The notes: generated by a model from the letters alone, not told the origin. A stretch of DNA of 63,556 nucleotides, filler included, from Hyphochytrium catenoides (GCA_900088475.1; 11 parts of 11 records of this genome joined end to end with filler, not necessarily neighbours in it), one strand, 5' to 3'. Counted from the whole stretch's first letter, positions 1 to 13,056 are shown. Translations and numbers: made by a program.

Positions 1-707
1 ACGAAGAGGGACGATCACAAGGATGAGAGACAAAGAGAGAAGAGAAGAGAGAAAGAGTCAAAACTCAAAACGACCCGACAGGACAGGGAGAGGAAAGAAG
101 AAACAGTAGAAGAAATAGAGAGTAGAACTATTTGTTTGGCTCTTTTACCTCTTCTTCCCCGTCCTGTCTTTCTTCTTCCTTCGTTTTGTTGCCCACGACC
201 GATGATGAGACGGACGACCCTGAACAACTAACCGCCGTCAACGACAGAAGAAAGGGACTCATCACCTGGAGAGAGAGAGAGAGAGAAAAAAGAGAAAGAG
301 AAAGAGAGAGAGAGAGAGAGAGAGAAGGCAGAGAGATGATGCCTCTTGTTCTTTAGCGTGCAGCAGTTTGGCTGCTGCAATCTCTGATCTTTCAAGTGTC
401 AATGACGCAACGCCCCTCCGTTTGTTCGTCTTGTCAACGCCTTCTCTCTCTCTCTCTCTCTCTCTTTGGCTCTGTTTCGGGCCAACCCTCTCTATAGAAC
501 GTTCTCACAATCGCTTTATCCCTGTCTTTGGTCTACTCTGTCTCTATAGAAGCTTCAAGTCTTCTTCGCTCTGTCTCTCGACCAGATCCCTTTCCCCATT
601 AAAAACGAATGTCTTCTTTCCTGATGTTGGTCTCTCTCCCTTTCTTAGGCTCTTGCGTCCAGTGTCAGAGCGAGAGACAGAGAGACAGAGAGAGAGGGAA
701 AGAGAGA

Positions 708-743
<36 letters not shown>

Positions 744-1554
744 AAGAGAGAGCCANNNNNNNNNNNNNNNNNNNNNNNNAGAGAGAGAGAAAGAGAGAGA
801 CGGACCCAGAAACGGGGAGACAAAAAGAATACAGAGGAGAGAGAGAGAAGAGAGAAGCTCGTCACCGTTCCAATCCGCAAGACCGAGCCGTCTCGAGGTA
901 TCTTATCTAAAAGTTAAATGACTACCAAAGTTCATGCCAGAGCAGACAGAGAGAGAGAGAAAAGTCAGAATCATTGACAAAGGAACTTTGCACATAAATA
1001 AGCAATGCAAATGCCAAAAGATGTCCCACCCACCGCCTTTAGCATGCGTGTGTTTACATTATGCCCCCATTATACTGTAAAATACTATGATAGTCAATCC
1101 CCCATTCACCCACGTATCGCGACAGGCCCACCCTTCCTCTGTCCATCCACATTCTAGCACCCACCCATCCGCTTCATGGGTTGTCGGCCTTTTGTACTTC
1201 TTTAAAGACCCTCTAACAATAAATGTATGGGTTCCGAGCCTTACCAGTGATGACGTCAAGCTGAGTCGCCTGGGAGCATTCATTCTCCAAGTGTAAGGAT
1301 GGGTGGGCCTTGTCATGTCCCTTTGCTGACGTCAACCTCTGTCCTAATCAAACTCATATTTATTAGGGATACTCATATAACTAACAAGTTTATTATTGAC
1401 CTTTAGCGAGGATATTTAGAATGATGGGTGGAGGCATCAAGCTTTAAGAGCAGGACGGTGTGGAGGGAATATTAAGAAATGTGTGAGAGGTGGAGGAGGT
1501 GAGAGAGGGCAGGCGGGTGGGCGGACCAGAGTCAAGCGGAGCGCCTCAGCAGCT

Positions 1555-1594
<40 letters not shown>

Positions 1595-2451
1595 AGAGAG
1601 AGAGAAAAAGAGAGAGAGAAAGAATGGGGTTTTGTTTGAAGAGGAAACCTACCAAAGAGAGAGAAAAAAGAAGAGAGAGAGAACAGAGTGGGAAGAGACA
1701 GAGAAAGAGAGAGACGGCGGAAGATGGTGTGATACATGAGGTAGAAGTGAACCATCAAGAGAGAGAGAGAGAGAGGGGGAAAGACGAGAAGGGATGGGTT
1801 TGTCAGGTGATACAGCGAGGGGAACTACAAAGAAGAGAGAGCGAGAGACAGAGAGAGAAAGAGAAGCCTTCTTCTCTCTTCGTGGGGCGCTACAGCTTTG
1901 GAAGAACATTCCTCCTCTAACACCATCCACCCTTCTTTACACAGGACCACCAAACAAGAGAGAGACAGAGTGATGAGGGAAGAGAAGACCGCTTACACAT
2001 TGCCGCCCAACGGGGGAGAGAGAGAGAGAGAGAGGGAGAGAACGCAGGCAGCAGCCAGAAGAGCAGCACGCAGCAGCACGATAATCGCTGCACTCTGACG
2101 GCCAGCAGGCAGCAGTCCACCTGAAGCACAAAAGAAACAGCAAGACAGCCCATCTGATGTGGCAGAGAGAGAGAGACAGACAGACAGACAGAGAGAGGAA
2201 GAGAGAGAGAGAGACTTTTCTCTCCCCCAGAAGTTGGTAGAGTGCAACCCCAGTCAGTGGAGTTAACGAAGCCGACAGAGAGAGAGAAATATAAGACAGA
2301 GAGAGAATAGCTTCTTGAAAGTGACAGGAGATAAAAGTGAGAGAGAGAGAGAGAGAGAGAGAGGACGATCCAGGGAAAGCCAGCCACTTTTTGGGTGAGC
2401 ACAGACTGGAAAAAGCAACCAGATCTCTCATCCTGGGGCCCTGAGGAAGGC

Positions 2452-2493
<42 letters not shown>

Positions 2494-3471
2494 TAGAGAG
2501 AGAGAGGTCCTTGCCGGACAACCAAGCGCTCTCCCTGTGTCAGTTGCATCAAGCATGCCAGCACCTTCTCTTCTCGTCAAGGCCTCAGCCATAATAGCAC
2601 AACGAGCACAGAGCCCGAGAGAGAGAGACATAAGAGACAAATATCCTCATTGTGTCTCTCTTCTCTGCAGTTCCAGATCTTAAGGCAGTGTTACTGCTGA
2701 AAGAGAGGGAGAAAGAAAGCATTAGCGGCGCTGACAGGTTGATACCAACCACAAAGAGACAGCGACAGAGAGAGAGAAGGAACGAAGAGAGCTTCGTACG
2801 CTCCTGGATCATAGCGCAGCGCCATTGAGAGACAGAGGGACAGGCGACTGGAATTGGCCAGCCGCCTCGAGAAGGAAGAGGTCAAGAAAGGGAGAAAGGA
2901 AGACAAAAAGCAAGAAAGAAGACACGGACAAGCACTTTCTTTTCCAAAGAAATGGTCTAGAGCGCGGAGTCTCTCTCTCTTCGCTTTACTTACCCCCGAA
3001 ACATTCCAAGCAGACGAGCAGAAGCAGCTTCTGAAGTCTGGAGACGATCTGACCATGTCTCCAACAGACAATCTGAAGCTAGCTTCGGTTAGTCTCTCTC
3101 TCTCTCTTTCTCTTCTTTCTTTATGTTTGGGCGCTTCCCACCCATGTCAAGAACACGGGCAATCTCCTTCTCTTCGGACCTTGTTGCTCGAAGTCTCACC
3201 TCCTTCCCTCGCTCTCCTTCGCCGCGTTTCCCTCTAAGGCCGACGGCACTTTTCTATTTCCCTCTCTCATTTCTCCTCTCTCTCTTTCTCTCTCTTTCTT
3301 TCTTCCTTTTCCTCCCATCTCTCTCTCTCTCTCTTTTCTTTTACTTCCCTTTACTCATCTCCTCCCCTTGTTCCTGAACTAACTTCTTTCTCTCCTCTCC
3401 TGGCTTGTCTTTAACCTCCCTCNNNNNNNNNNNNNNNNNNNNNNNNNNNNNNNNNNNNNNNNNNNNNNNCC

Positions 3472-3502
<31 letters not shown>

Positions 3503-3518
3503 TCCTCTATTCCACCAG

Positions 3519-4295
3519 TCAAGAGCGCTCAAATATTCCAACGGCACAGAAGGGACAGAGGAAGACGCTTCCCGTCTGGATCTCCCTCCTTACAAGCCAT
3601 CGCGGTCCAATGGAGACGTGGACTCTTCCTCCTCCTCCTCCTACGCCGCCTCGGCCTCCTCAGAGTTTGAGATCCATTCCAACTTCCAACCCTCGAGACA
3701 GAGCGCACTCAAGCAGCTCAAGTGCGCAAGACAACGGTGCAACGCCCCTGTGGAAGGGAGTGACACCTTCTGCCGAGCGCACATTAATGGAAATGGTGTC
3801 GGTGGAGAGAGAGGAAGAGCCAACGGCACCAGCGGCGCCCGCCCGAGAGCGAAGGCCAACGGAGAGAGAAAAGTCAAAGTCAAAGGCTGCAGTGTCTCTG
3901 GCTGTGAGAAGAATGCCAAGGTAGGAGGCGTCTGCGTCGCGCACGGCGCTAAGGTGAAGCGCTGCAACGTGGAAGGCTGTGAGAAACAAGCAGTAAACGG
4001 TGGCGTCTGCGTGGCTCATGGAGCCCGAGTGCGCCGGTGCACCGCCGAGCTTTGCGAGAAAGTAGCGGTGAACCGCGGTTTTTGCATCTCACACGGCGCG
4101 ACAGTGAAGCGATGCAGCGTGGACGGATGTGGAAAGTACGCGCAGCAGCGAGGACTGTGCATTGCCCATGGCGCGCGGATAAAGAAAACCTGCAGAATCG
4201 AAGGGTGCGATCGGTTCGCTAAGAAGACCGGACATTGTCTAAGGCACTACGTGCTTGTCACCAACGCGGGAATTGGGGGAGGAGAGGACTTTTGA
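3519..4295 (+). CDS. WRKY19-like zinc-finger repeat protein (last exon; 5' part lost in microsatellite/gap)
   Basis: Five tandem C-x4-C-x10-C-x2-H(G) repeats (CSVSGCEKNAKVGGVCVAHGA, CNVEGCEKQAVNGGVCVAHGA...); pyrimidine tract + CAG acceptor ending 3518; TGA 4293-4295. Confidence 0.8.
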   Translation, partial: SRALKYSNGTEGTEEDASRLDLPPYKPSRSNGDVDSSSSSSYAASASSEFEIHSNFQPSRQSALKQLKCARQRCNAPVEGSDTFCRAHINGNGVGGERGRANGTSGARPRAKANGERKVKVKGCSVSGCEKNAKVGGVCVAHGAKVKRCNVEGCEKQAVNGGVCVAHGARVRRCTAELCEKVAVNRGFCISHGATVKRCSVDGCGKYAQQRGLCIAHGARIKKTCRIEGCDRFAKKTGHCLRHYVLVTNAGIGGGEDF

Positions 4296-5165
4296 ATGAA
4301 GGCGAGAGAGAGAGAGATCGGTCAGTTTAAAAGGAAGAGAGAAAAGTATGGGGCGCAAGAGCCGAAAGAGAGGACGCGCCTCCTTCCTTCTTTTGCTTGG
4401 GGCCCATCAGACGGAGCAGGAAGAGGGAGGGGGAGAGAGAGAGTTGGAAGGTGGGCCACAAAGATGTAGATGTATTACTACTCGTACCTGGCTATCCACC
4501 ACGTGGCGATCAGCGTATTAGGGCAAGAGACTCTCTCTCTCTCTCTTTCTCTCGGTCCATGGATGCCTCCAATGTCAGTTCAATCTGGGCGACGCCCAAG
4601 GATGGAGGTTCCACTCGCAACCAAGCCGGACCAACCGCAGTGGAAATGCGAGAGAGAGCTGCAAGAGAAGCGAGAGAGGAAGAGGAGCAGGAAGGAGAAG
4701 AGGACGGAACGATCCTTCTGCTTCCTCAGGAGTCAGCGCTGGAGCTGCCGGATGGTTCCGTATGTAGAGCGTGTGTTTCCCTTTGATGACATGTGTCGTT
4801 CAACAGAGTAATTTATTCGTTCATGCCTCCAATGATGTTGATTGAGTTCCATCGCCTCCGGCAGTGCCGCCGCTCCCTCTCTCTCTCTCTCTCTCCTGCC
4901 AAGTCTCTTCCTCTTGCTCTATTCTCTCTCTCGTTCATTGCTCCGCTCTTCAGATCTCCTACTGCTGGCAAGGCAAAAGAATCATGCAGCAGAGGGAGAG
5001 AGAGAGAGAGAGAGAAGGAATGACATAGCGGCCCGCTGTCAATGAGCCTCCAGCCACGGCGGCGAGGCTGAGATGGGAAGTAGAGAAGTAAACAGGGAAG
5101 AAGAAGAGAGAAGTGATGTGACAGACGGACCTGCCCGCCAGGAAGAAGAGGAGCGCGCGGAGGAA

Positions 5166-5203
<38 letters not shown>

Positions 5204-5416
5204 GAGGAGAGAGGGAGAGAGAGAGAGTTGATGTGATGAGTTTCTTCACACCTTCTAGAGCTTTCACAGATTGATCGATAGTAATACTTACAGGAAAGGA
5301 CAAATTTGCGCCATTTAATCAGCTACTTGGAAGTAGTAATAATGAGCACCAGGGGGAGATCAGGAGCTGAGGAGGAAATGGAAGGTCGAATGACTTTTGG
5401 AGTTGAGGGGACAGAA

Positions 5417-5449
<33 letters not shown>

Positions 5450-5763
5450 GGGAGAGAGAGAATGAGGGTGAGAGAGGGAGACACAGAGAGAGACAGAGAG
5501 AGAGAGGGTGAGATAGAGAGGGAGTGAGAGGAAAGAGGGAGACACAGAGAGAGAGAGAGAGAGAGATGAAGGAAAAGAGACACACAAACCAGAGAGAGAA
5601 CCTGGAGAGGGAGACAGACAGCTGGGCTCCTGGAGGGGGAAGAGAAAGAAGAGATCAAGAGAGACCAAGAGAGGACAGAGGCTGCACATTTTAGGGGGAA
5701 AGACTGAGAAGAGAGAAGANNNNNNNNNNNNNNNNNNNNNNNNNNNNNNNNNNNNNNNNNNNN

Positions 5764-5775
5764 TTAATTAATTAA
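5764..5775. other. Artificial scaffold-joining linker (TTAATTAATTAA, stops in all six frames, flanked by N runs)
   Basis: Identical linker at 5764, 18968, 22129, 43632, 48873, 50257, 53150, 54391, 58301 and 62302, always inside N runs. Confidence 0.97.
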
Positions 5776-6011
5776 NNNNNNNNNNNNNNNNNNNNNNNNN
5801 NNNNNNNNNNNNNNNNNNNCAGCCTTTCTCTCTTTCTATGATGGCCATCACCTATGATAAGCGCCCCCGAACTATCACTTGATCGTTACACGCGATGAAA
5901 TTTCTTACTAGTCCGTTTATCTCTCCTGATAACTCTCTCCCTCCCTCTTACTCTACCCTCTCTTTCCCTCTCCCTCGGTTCCCGCCCTGGCCGGCACCTG
6001 TCGACCACCAG

Positions 6012-6937
6012 GTTTGCAGCAAGGAAGAGTTTCTCCAGCGGAGAGAAGCTTCAAAGCAGCTCACATCCTCATCGGACGAGACCAGAGATTCTCTGCAAGA
6101 TCTCTTCTGGATGCGCTTTCTTCTTAGCAAAGAGCACCGGGCTTTCCACCTGCAGGAGGTAGACCCCGACCTATCTCTCTCCAGCAGAATAGCTCTCTAC
6201 AGTCAGAGAGTGAAGCGTCATCCCCAGCTCAAGGACGTACTGTGGCAACCTTCTGCTCACGCTGAGGCGGGAGGGACCAAAGAGAAGGCTTCTCACCCTC
6301 TCTGGACCGCCTGCACACAGCTGCAGCTCTCATCTGTCCCAGAGAAGCTCCCGTGCCGAGAAGAACAAGCAGAGCACATCAAGGCCATACTTAGACAGGG
6401 GCTGAGCCGCTCAGGAGCTGGAGGCTCTCTGTACATCAGCGGAATGCCGGGGACAGGAAAGACAGCGACGGTCAAGCAGGTTTTAAGGGAGTTGCGGCAG
6501 GAGAGGAACGTTCCTCCCTTCAAGTTCGTAGAGATCAATGGGATGAAGATCGCAGGCCCGTCGCAGGTATACTCTCTGCTGTGGAAAGAGATAGCGAAGG
6601 AGTATAAGAGCGCAGGAAGAGCTTGCCACGAGCTCGAGAAGTACTTTGGAGGACGAAGGGACGAGGAGAGACAGCCCACCGTGGTGCTAGTAGACGAGCT
6701 GGACAAAGTCATCAACCGGAGGCAGACGGTAGGAGACGCTTTCTTCATTGCCTTTCCTCTCCGCTCTATACGGATTTCCCTAGCTCTTTCTCCCCTACCT
6801 TCTGGTCTCTAGGTTCCCCTTAGCTATGAGGCTAAGGAAAGGCTTCTTCTTTCTTAGGCTCAAAAGCGTCCTCATCCATCTCAATCTTGAACGTTTAGTG
6901 CGAGCACTACCTGATGCTTTCTGGTTGTCTCTTTTGA

Positions 6938-6974
<37 letters not shown>

Positions 6975-7953
6975 NNNNNNNNNNNNNNNNCCCCCCTCCC
7001 TCTCTCCTTTGGGTCGACAGGTTCTCTACAACCTCTTTGAGTGGCCCATGCGGCCACATGCTCGACTGCTTGTCATAGGAATCGCCAACACGATGGACCT
7101 ACCCGAACGTCTACTCCCCAAGATCAACAGCAGACTGAACCTCGGGAGGATCGTCTTTGAAGCGTATACAAGGGACGAGATAGAGAAGATCTTGCAGTGG
7201 AGACTCTCTGGGCTCAGTGTCTTCAGCTCTGACGCCATAGAGTACGTCTCCAGAAGTGTGGCGAGCTTCTCAGGGGACATCAGACGCGCCTTGCAGGTGA
7301 GCTTGTACAGAAAGTTAGCCAGCGGATCGTGGGAGGCGTAGACGGCGGCAAGGGCAAACGTCTATGGGAAAGCTTGTCAGGCTTGGTGAGCCTTAGCACG
7401 AGCCGCGAACTTTGGAGCTAACCTGGCTGATTGGCTTACGCAGGTGTGCAAGAAAGCTGCGGAACTTCGTCTGATGAAGGTCTCAGGCCAAGTGCAAGGC
7501 CAGGGGCCAACCGGAAGACGTAAAGCTGGGGAGAAGGGCCCTGAAGAAGAGGAGACAGTTACCATCGAGGACATTCAAGCTGCTTCCAAACAGCTAACTG
7601 CCAGCCCGCAGATTGAGTTCATTAAGAGCTGCACACTCTATGAGAAGCTCTTCCTCATCGCCCTGGCAAACGGTACCAAGCTCAAGAAGTGCAGTGAGCT
7701 TACACTTGAAATGTTAGAAGAACGAGTTCGCGCTCTTTTGCCCGCCGCCATGCCTCATCTCCACCGAATCGGAGCGCAGCCTCCTCGTCAAGTCCAACTG
7801 GAAGCAGTCTCCAGTAAGTTGGCGACTATGAAGCTTATAGAGGTTGCTAGGCCTAGGGGTCAGCCGTATAAGTATGTCCGCTTCTATCATCTTCAGCCCG
7901 ACGACATCGCCTTCGCATTAGGGGCCGACCCTCTGCGCAACTGCATCCGCTGA
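6012..7953 (+). CDS. ORC1: Origin recognition complex subunit 1 (AAA+ ATPase + winged helix), 5'-partial; exons 6012-6728, 7021-7296, 7444-7953
   Basis: Walker A YISGMPGTGKTATV, FVEINGMK, Walker B VVLVDELD, VLYNLFEWP..LLVIGIANTMDLPERL, SGDIRRALQVC; canonical GT-AG junctions keep the frame. Confidence 0.92.
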
Positions 7954-8171
7954 CGTTCACGTATATCTCTGTCGAGCCCCATGCCCAGTAACAATCCCAC
8001 ATATTTATGCAAAACACGCTGTGCCAGATCCAAGGCAAGTTCAGTGTGTTCTATAGGCCGCCAAACAGAAGCGAGCCTAGCAAATAAATATTATCTCTTT
8101 CACTAGAGGTAAGCACTAGTCTAGATATAGACTTCTATTCTGTCCAATAAAATAACAACGACATACTGTCT

Positions 8172-9245
8172 CTACTTCTCTTCAGTCTGCTCTGGCTTGA
8201 GGTTCCCTTGAGACACCAATAGCTCTGGCACTTTCATTGACAGTAGCTTCAGAGGAGCAACCAGAGTCTCGTCCTTTTCTATATTACGACATCCTCGGAG
8301 ATCTAACTTCTGAATCTTGCATTCTGTTCTCTGGACCGCGGCAAGGACCTCTCCTCCTACATTGTAACAGCCTCTCGCCTCGAGGCTACGGAGCTGTGGA
8401 CAGGAACCAATAAGGGTACAGATCGCATCTTCCGAGGCCAGCTTGTTGCCCCCGAAAGGGTTCAACGAAGAGATGCTAAGATGTCTTAGCCTAGAGCAGG
8501 ATGACGCAATAGCACCCAGCAACCTGTCGCTCACGTTAATAGCTCCTCCAATCGTCAGCTCTTCCAACGTCTTTGACGCTCTCACTAGGGCTTCTAGGGC
8601 TTGCGATGTTACCTTCCCACAACTGTTAAGGTTGAGAACTCGAAGGGCAGGAAGGGTGAGATCTTCTGGGATGGAAACCAGCCGACAATAGTTCAGGCTA
8701 ATGACTTCTATCCTTGGGCAGTAAAGCTGCAGCGCCGCTAAAACCTCCCCCGTCAGCTCCACACACAGGTTGGCCTTAAACACCTTCAGCCCAGCGGACT
8801 TCTGTAAGATTTTGAGGATATCTTCAGTCTGTATAAACTTGTAGCCTGAACAGTCAAAGTACTCCAGATCAGCTGCCAGTTTAGCGATAAGCTCTATCGA
8901 AGACCGATCAGTAAAAGCCGCTGCAGCTAGCCTTACTTCCCGCACGTATGCACAACGTCTGGGGAATTCAGACGCCACAAAGCGCTCCGCATTTCTGGAC
9001 TTCGTAGGCACATCAAATTGCCGCCATGTGGTGCAATGAATGCTGTTGAAGGTCCACCTCGATGACACAGGGGCAACCCGACATAAATCTGTCTTGGAGA
9101 GAAATGCCAAGATCTCTCTATGAACCGCATCGGGGATGGTCTGCAAACTTCCTGCTAACCTGGTGCTATCACTAAGCTTCCGCTTCTTGGAAGGCCTGTC
9201 GCCTGGCCCAACCTCCTGAACTTTGTAGTTGTTTTCAAACAGCAT
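8172..9245 (-). CDS. F-box / leucine-rich-repeat protein (FBXL-like), intronless, 357 aa
   Basis: F-box LQTIPDAVHREILAFLSKTDLCRVAPVSSRW followed by cysteine-containing LRRs (LRVLNLNSCGKVT, LRSLEARGCYNV, IQKLDLRGCRNI). Confidence 0.9.
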   Translation of the reverse strand: MLFENNYKVQEVGPGDRPSKKRKLSDSTRLAGSLQTIPDAVHREILAFLSKTDLCRVAPVSSRWTFNSIHCTTWRQFDVPTKSRNAERFVASEFPRRCAYVREVRLAAAAFTDRSSIELIAKLAADLEYFDCSGYKFIQTEDILKILQKSAGLKVFKANLCVELTGEVLAALQLYCPRIEVISLNYCRLVSIPEDLTLPALRVLNLNSCGKVTSQALEALVRASKTLEELTIGGAINVSDRLLGAIASSCSRLRHLSISSLNPFGGNKLASEDAICTLIGSCPQLRSLEARGCYNVGGEVLAAVQRTECKIQKLDLRGCRNIEKDETLVAPLKLLSMKVPELLVSQGNLKPEQTEEK

Positions 9246-11643
9246 GGTCGACAGACAAAGAGTAGATTATAGAACCTGCTGTCTCACAGAGGAAGACCAG
9301 AACGTAAAGTCGAGACAATCTCCGCACCAGTGCTCTTCTAGATCGCAATAATCTTCAGAATTGATGTAGAATTGAGCTCTTTCGCTGCCGACCTGCTGGC
9401 ATCTCTAGCAGCCCTGAACAATGTTTAATGTATCGGTGGAAGCTCCTCTGTCTGTCGCAGGAGGTTTGAGCATCAATCGGACGAAGCATCAGCAACGAAA
9501 ATAGTCTGGCGTATCTCCTTTCACTGTGACAAGTGAATGTCGTCAAATTGCTATTTTTGGCACATAAACCACAGGGATATTCACAATCAGGCGGGGTTTA
9601 TTGACAATCTATGATAATTGTCTGCCACGAGGATGGCATTCACCATTCAAAGCACCATACACCTTTTTGGCAGATTTGCAGGATTCTGGACAAGGAGTAA
9701 ACCTGACAGTCCTGGATGACTAGTGCGATCTGCTCACCATGATTGGCTAAGACTCAGCCAATCAGATGTGACCTGAGGATCTACACACGTAAACGGAGCA
9801 CTGACAAAGACTTTTGACTGCTCGTTCCCCTTGATAACCCTGTTAATGATAACCATACTCTGGTTTATTTGACTCTTCGATAATCATTTCTGAATCACGA
9901 AAGCTAAAATAGCTATGAGTCATGGTCGATAATCGTATATCTCTATGATATTGATAACCTAATGCTCGGTTTCTCAATGATTTTGCTTTCTTGATCTTGT
10001 CAGAGCACCAGTAACGAACGAGCCAAAAAGCGCAAGTGCGGAGCACGGAAGGCCGTCTCCTCCAGCACTTTGAACAATTTCTATGGATGATTGATCGCAT
10101 GCTCCTCCTCGCCGCTCGCGGCTCGCCGCGGTCTCACATGGGACAACTTAGAACTCTAGATGCGGACGATGCGGACGATGCGGACTCATTCGTGGACAGG
10201 CTAGATGAGAGAAAGGACTAGGAACTAGAGAAACTAGAAGATTTATAGTACAATTGTATAGCTTGATTCTGCTTCTGCAAGAAGAAGAAGCGCTCTTCTA
10301 ACGACTCAGATCTCAGACACTTTGTCTGCCTCTGCTGCCGGGTGCTGGGTGGCTCAGCTGGCTGGCTCAGCTGGCTGGCCTTATCCATAAAGGTAGTCTA
10401 CGAAAACCGGACGCTTTGCTCTCCCTTCCTGACTAGCAGTTCAAGAGAAGAGTAGGGAAGAGCAGGACCGGTGCGGTACTGTACCTGGAAGCTCCTTATC
10501 TTCAAGCAGAGGCCCAGTAGAAGTGAGTACTATGCGGTTGCATTAGGTTTTTAGGAATAAGCCATTGAATGGGCTGCGTGGTCACACCCGTGAAAAATAG
10601 ACACAGTCTACGTAGTAGTAGCTGTACGACTTAGCCTACGCAAGCCCCGCACCGTCATAAGGAACTGCACTTTGCCGCAGCAGACGAGGTCCTTGGCCGA
10701 GCGAAGACTTGGCGGCCGCTGAGTTCAATCTTGGCCAAATGAATCTTCTCTTCTTTGATGAACCTCCTTTCAGCTGTTAACAGGGCACTACTTGCTCTGT
10801 ATTGATGAGTCTCACCTCGCATTAGCCGTCACCGTTTACTAGCCGGATCTGCTGTGTCTGGTCTGTTACTTGATGCTTCTCTTCTAACTCTTGGTTGCAA
10901 GGTCTTGCACTTCGTTGGCAAGTTAATGATGCGCTGATTTCTCTGCTTCTTTGAAATGTGTCTTTCTTCCTCGATCGTTCTCTCGCAGTCCTACGCACTG
11001 GACTGTACTAACCTAAATGATTGTTGCTGCTTACGCGGTCTACCTTCAGGATACCTTTATGCTAGGCGTCTTGCAATAGCTAGCCAGGCAAAGGAAATTT
11101 GTGAAAGCAAGCCTAGAGGCCGTGAGAACCACCGGTCGCTTACTTGTCGACTCACAGAATGCATGCTACCTGTCTTTCACGTTTGTTATCATCACCTATC
11201 CGATAGATCCTTAGCTTCCCGACGAAGCTGTAGAAGTGCAGGATCAGCTTGTGCTAGAATCTTAGCGTCACAAAGCGTCATTCTACTTTATCGGTGCGGA
11301 CTCTTTGGAGATAAGACAACCATCCATGGACGGGTAATCCGTGGCAGCTCGTCCTACTAGTCTGGCTAGAACACTGAGGCCGAGTTTGTTGGCTGGTGCC
11401 ATTCTTCTTGACTCTAGACCCATTTTACACCGCGATAGAGTTGACAGATGGTAGTTCTGTTTTTGAACAAGCAAATATCCAGTGGACAGAGCAGCAAACT
11501 TTACTTCTTTGCATTATTGAAAAGGTATCTGCCAGTGGCTGCACTCGCTGTTTCTGTCAGCACGACAAATGATTAGACGATCGAGTAGGGGGCTTCCTTC
11601 ACCACTGTGCGTGCATAGTTAAGGATGAGCATGAGAGCTAGCT

Positions 11644-13056
11644 CTAGTTACGTGGGTTCAGGAGAAAGTATTGTCTCTCTTTGTCACTCATCGCTGGCGT
11701 CTGCAGGTCCCATCCGGGAGGCTTCTCTAGCTTTTTCTTGTTGCAGACACTATTCATTCGAGACTCCAGCTGGGTGTATACTAGGGAGCTCAACGGCTGG
11801 GGGAGGTCAAAGAGGTTGAAGTCTCGCGATTGCTCATTCTGGGACGCAGCGCCATTGGAAGCACCATAGATTCCCAGATGCTCCCCCATACTGGGAATCA
11901 GTGTGTACATTTTTCGACCCGTCCACTTTATATAGTCACCCCAGATGAAGTCAAAGGACGGGTCGTTATTCGGTGCCATCCCCACGTTGCAGTTTATCTC
12001 TAAGAGGAGCTTTCTTGTCAGAATATTGAGGGCACCGCCCACGGAGACCTTCTCACAGAGCTCCCCTTCACACTTCCCGAGGCCATGCAAGCAGCTATTG
12101 TACAGCGTCACCTGGCCATCCGTCTTATTCATGTTCCGCACCAACACGGGGATCCAGTCTGGATGAAGGATTGTGTCTGAGTCACCCACCACGCAGATAT
12201 CGTAGTTAGTAGCAGCGCAGTCGAACTGGAAGGTCTCTGTAATGCCACCACCACGTAGACCTGTGTGATGGTTGAGCATGATAAACCTCTCCGCCATGCT
12301 GAAGCGTTGCTTGGTTCTGTCGGCGGAAACTTCATCAGAGGCATCATCATACACTCGCACGTGAACATACGGCTTCCACTCAGGGTGCTTTTCTAAAGAG
12401 TACTTTAGCGCCTGGGCGAAGGTCTCCTGATAGGGCTCTCTGTTCCGGGCTAGGACTCCGACAAGGATGTGAGGCTTGTGTGTGAGAAGGATTGGGCGCT
12501 CGGTACCTTTCCTCCCGGCAGGGCAGGCCAATGGCCACTTAATTTCCTTGTACGGGGGTTTGGGGGCGGTAAACTTCACCGGAGGGAGCTCAGTAGCTGC
12601 CTGAGACGGGACGGTGGGAGGTTCACTCTTGACAGTAGGAGCTGCAGTCTTGACATTAGGAGCTGTAGTCTTGACAGTAGGAGCTGTAGTCTTGACAGTC
12701 GGGGTCTCACTCTTGACCGCAGGAGCGACAGTCGTGACTGGAATCGCTTCAGAGGTCGGCGTGGACTGCTTTATTGTTGGCTCACTAGGTGTCCTGACGG
12801 AGGCCCCATCCCTTACGTATGCTTCTCCATGGGGAGCATCGGTTTTGGGCCTTGCCACCATCTCTTCAGAGGAGAGCGTCGAGACCTGCCAACCTTTTTC
12901 AAAAGACCAGAACAGGCCTTGGAAGGACGTGACCACCACAAGCGCCAAGAGGAAGCCAATTATTATCCCTCTGCTTCGAGCCCTTCGCAGTTGTCCACTG
13001 CCTCCTTCTTCCCGGGCTGTAGTGCCGGTGGGCTGTACTCCATCCATCATTTGCAA
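11644..13056 (-). CDS. Type II membrane glycosyltransferase (GT-A fold, GT2-like), 470 aa
   Basis: N-terminal TM helix IIIGFLLALVVVTSF, Thr/Pro-rich stem, ILVGVLARNR..., VRVYDDASD, DxD motif GDSD, PSMGEHLG. Confidence 0.8.
   Translation of the reverse strand: MQMMDGVQPTGTTAREEGGSGQLRRARSRGIIIGFLLALVVVTSFQGLFWSFEKGWQVSTLSSEEMVARPKTDAPHGEAYVRDGASVRTPSEPTIKQSTPTSEAIPVTTVAPAVKSETPTVKTTAPTVKTTAPNVKTAAPTVKSEPPTVPSQAATELPPVKFTAPKPPYKEIKWPLACPAGRKGTERPILLTHKPHILVGVLARNREPYQETFAQALKYSLEKHPEWKPYVHVRVYDDASDEVSADRTKQRFSMAERFIMLNHHTGLRGGGITETFQFDCAATNYDICVVGDSDTILHPDWIPVLVRNMNKTDGQVTLYNSCLHGLGKCEGELCEKVSVGGALNILTRKLLLEINCNVGMAPNNDPSFDFIWGDYIKWTGRKMYTLIPSMGEHLGIYGASNGAASQNEQSRDFNLFDLPQPLSSLVYTQLESRMNSVCNKKKLEKPPGWDLQTPAMSDKERQYFLLNPRN
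12611..12722 (-). repeat. 21-bp coding tandem repeat (APTVK[T/S]x) in the glycosyltransferase stem
   Basis: Units like agtaggagctgtagtcttgac repeated about 5 times. Confidence 0.85.

Noticed and set aside
15-5700. Many ORFs rich in RERERE or SLSLSL (also throughout the window)
   Set aside because: Translations of (GA)n/(CT)n microsatellites in introns and intergenic DNA; these lack stops by composition.
5720-5819. TTAATTAATTAA palindrome recurring ten times as a biological motif
   Set aside because: Always centred in N runs of similar length; a six-frame-stop concatenation linker. Gene neighbourhoods across these joins are meaningless.
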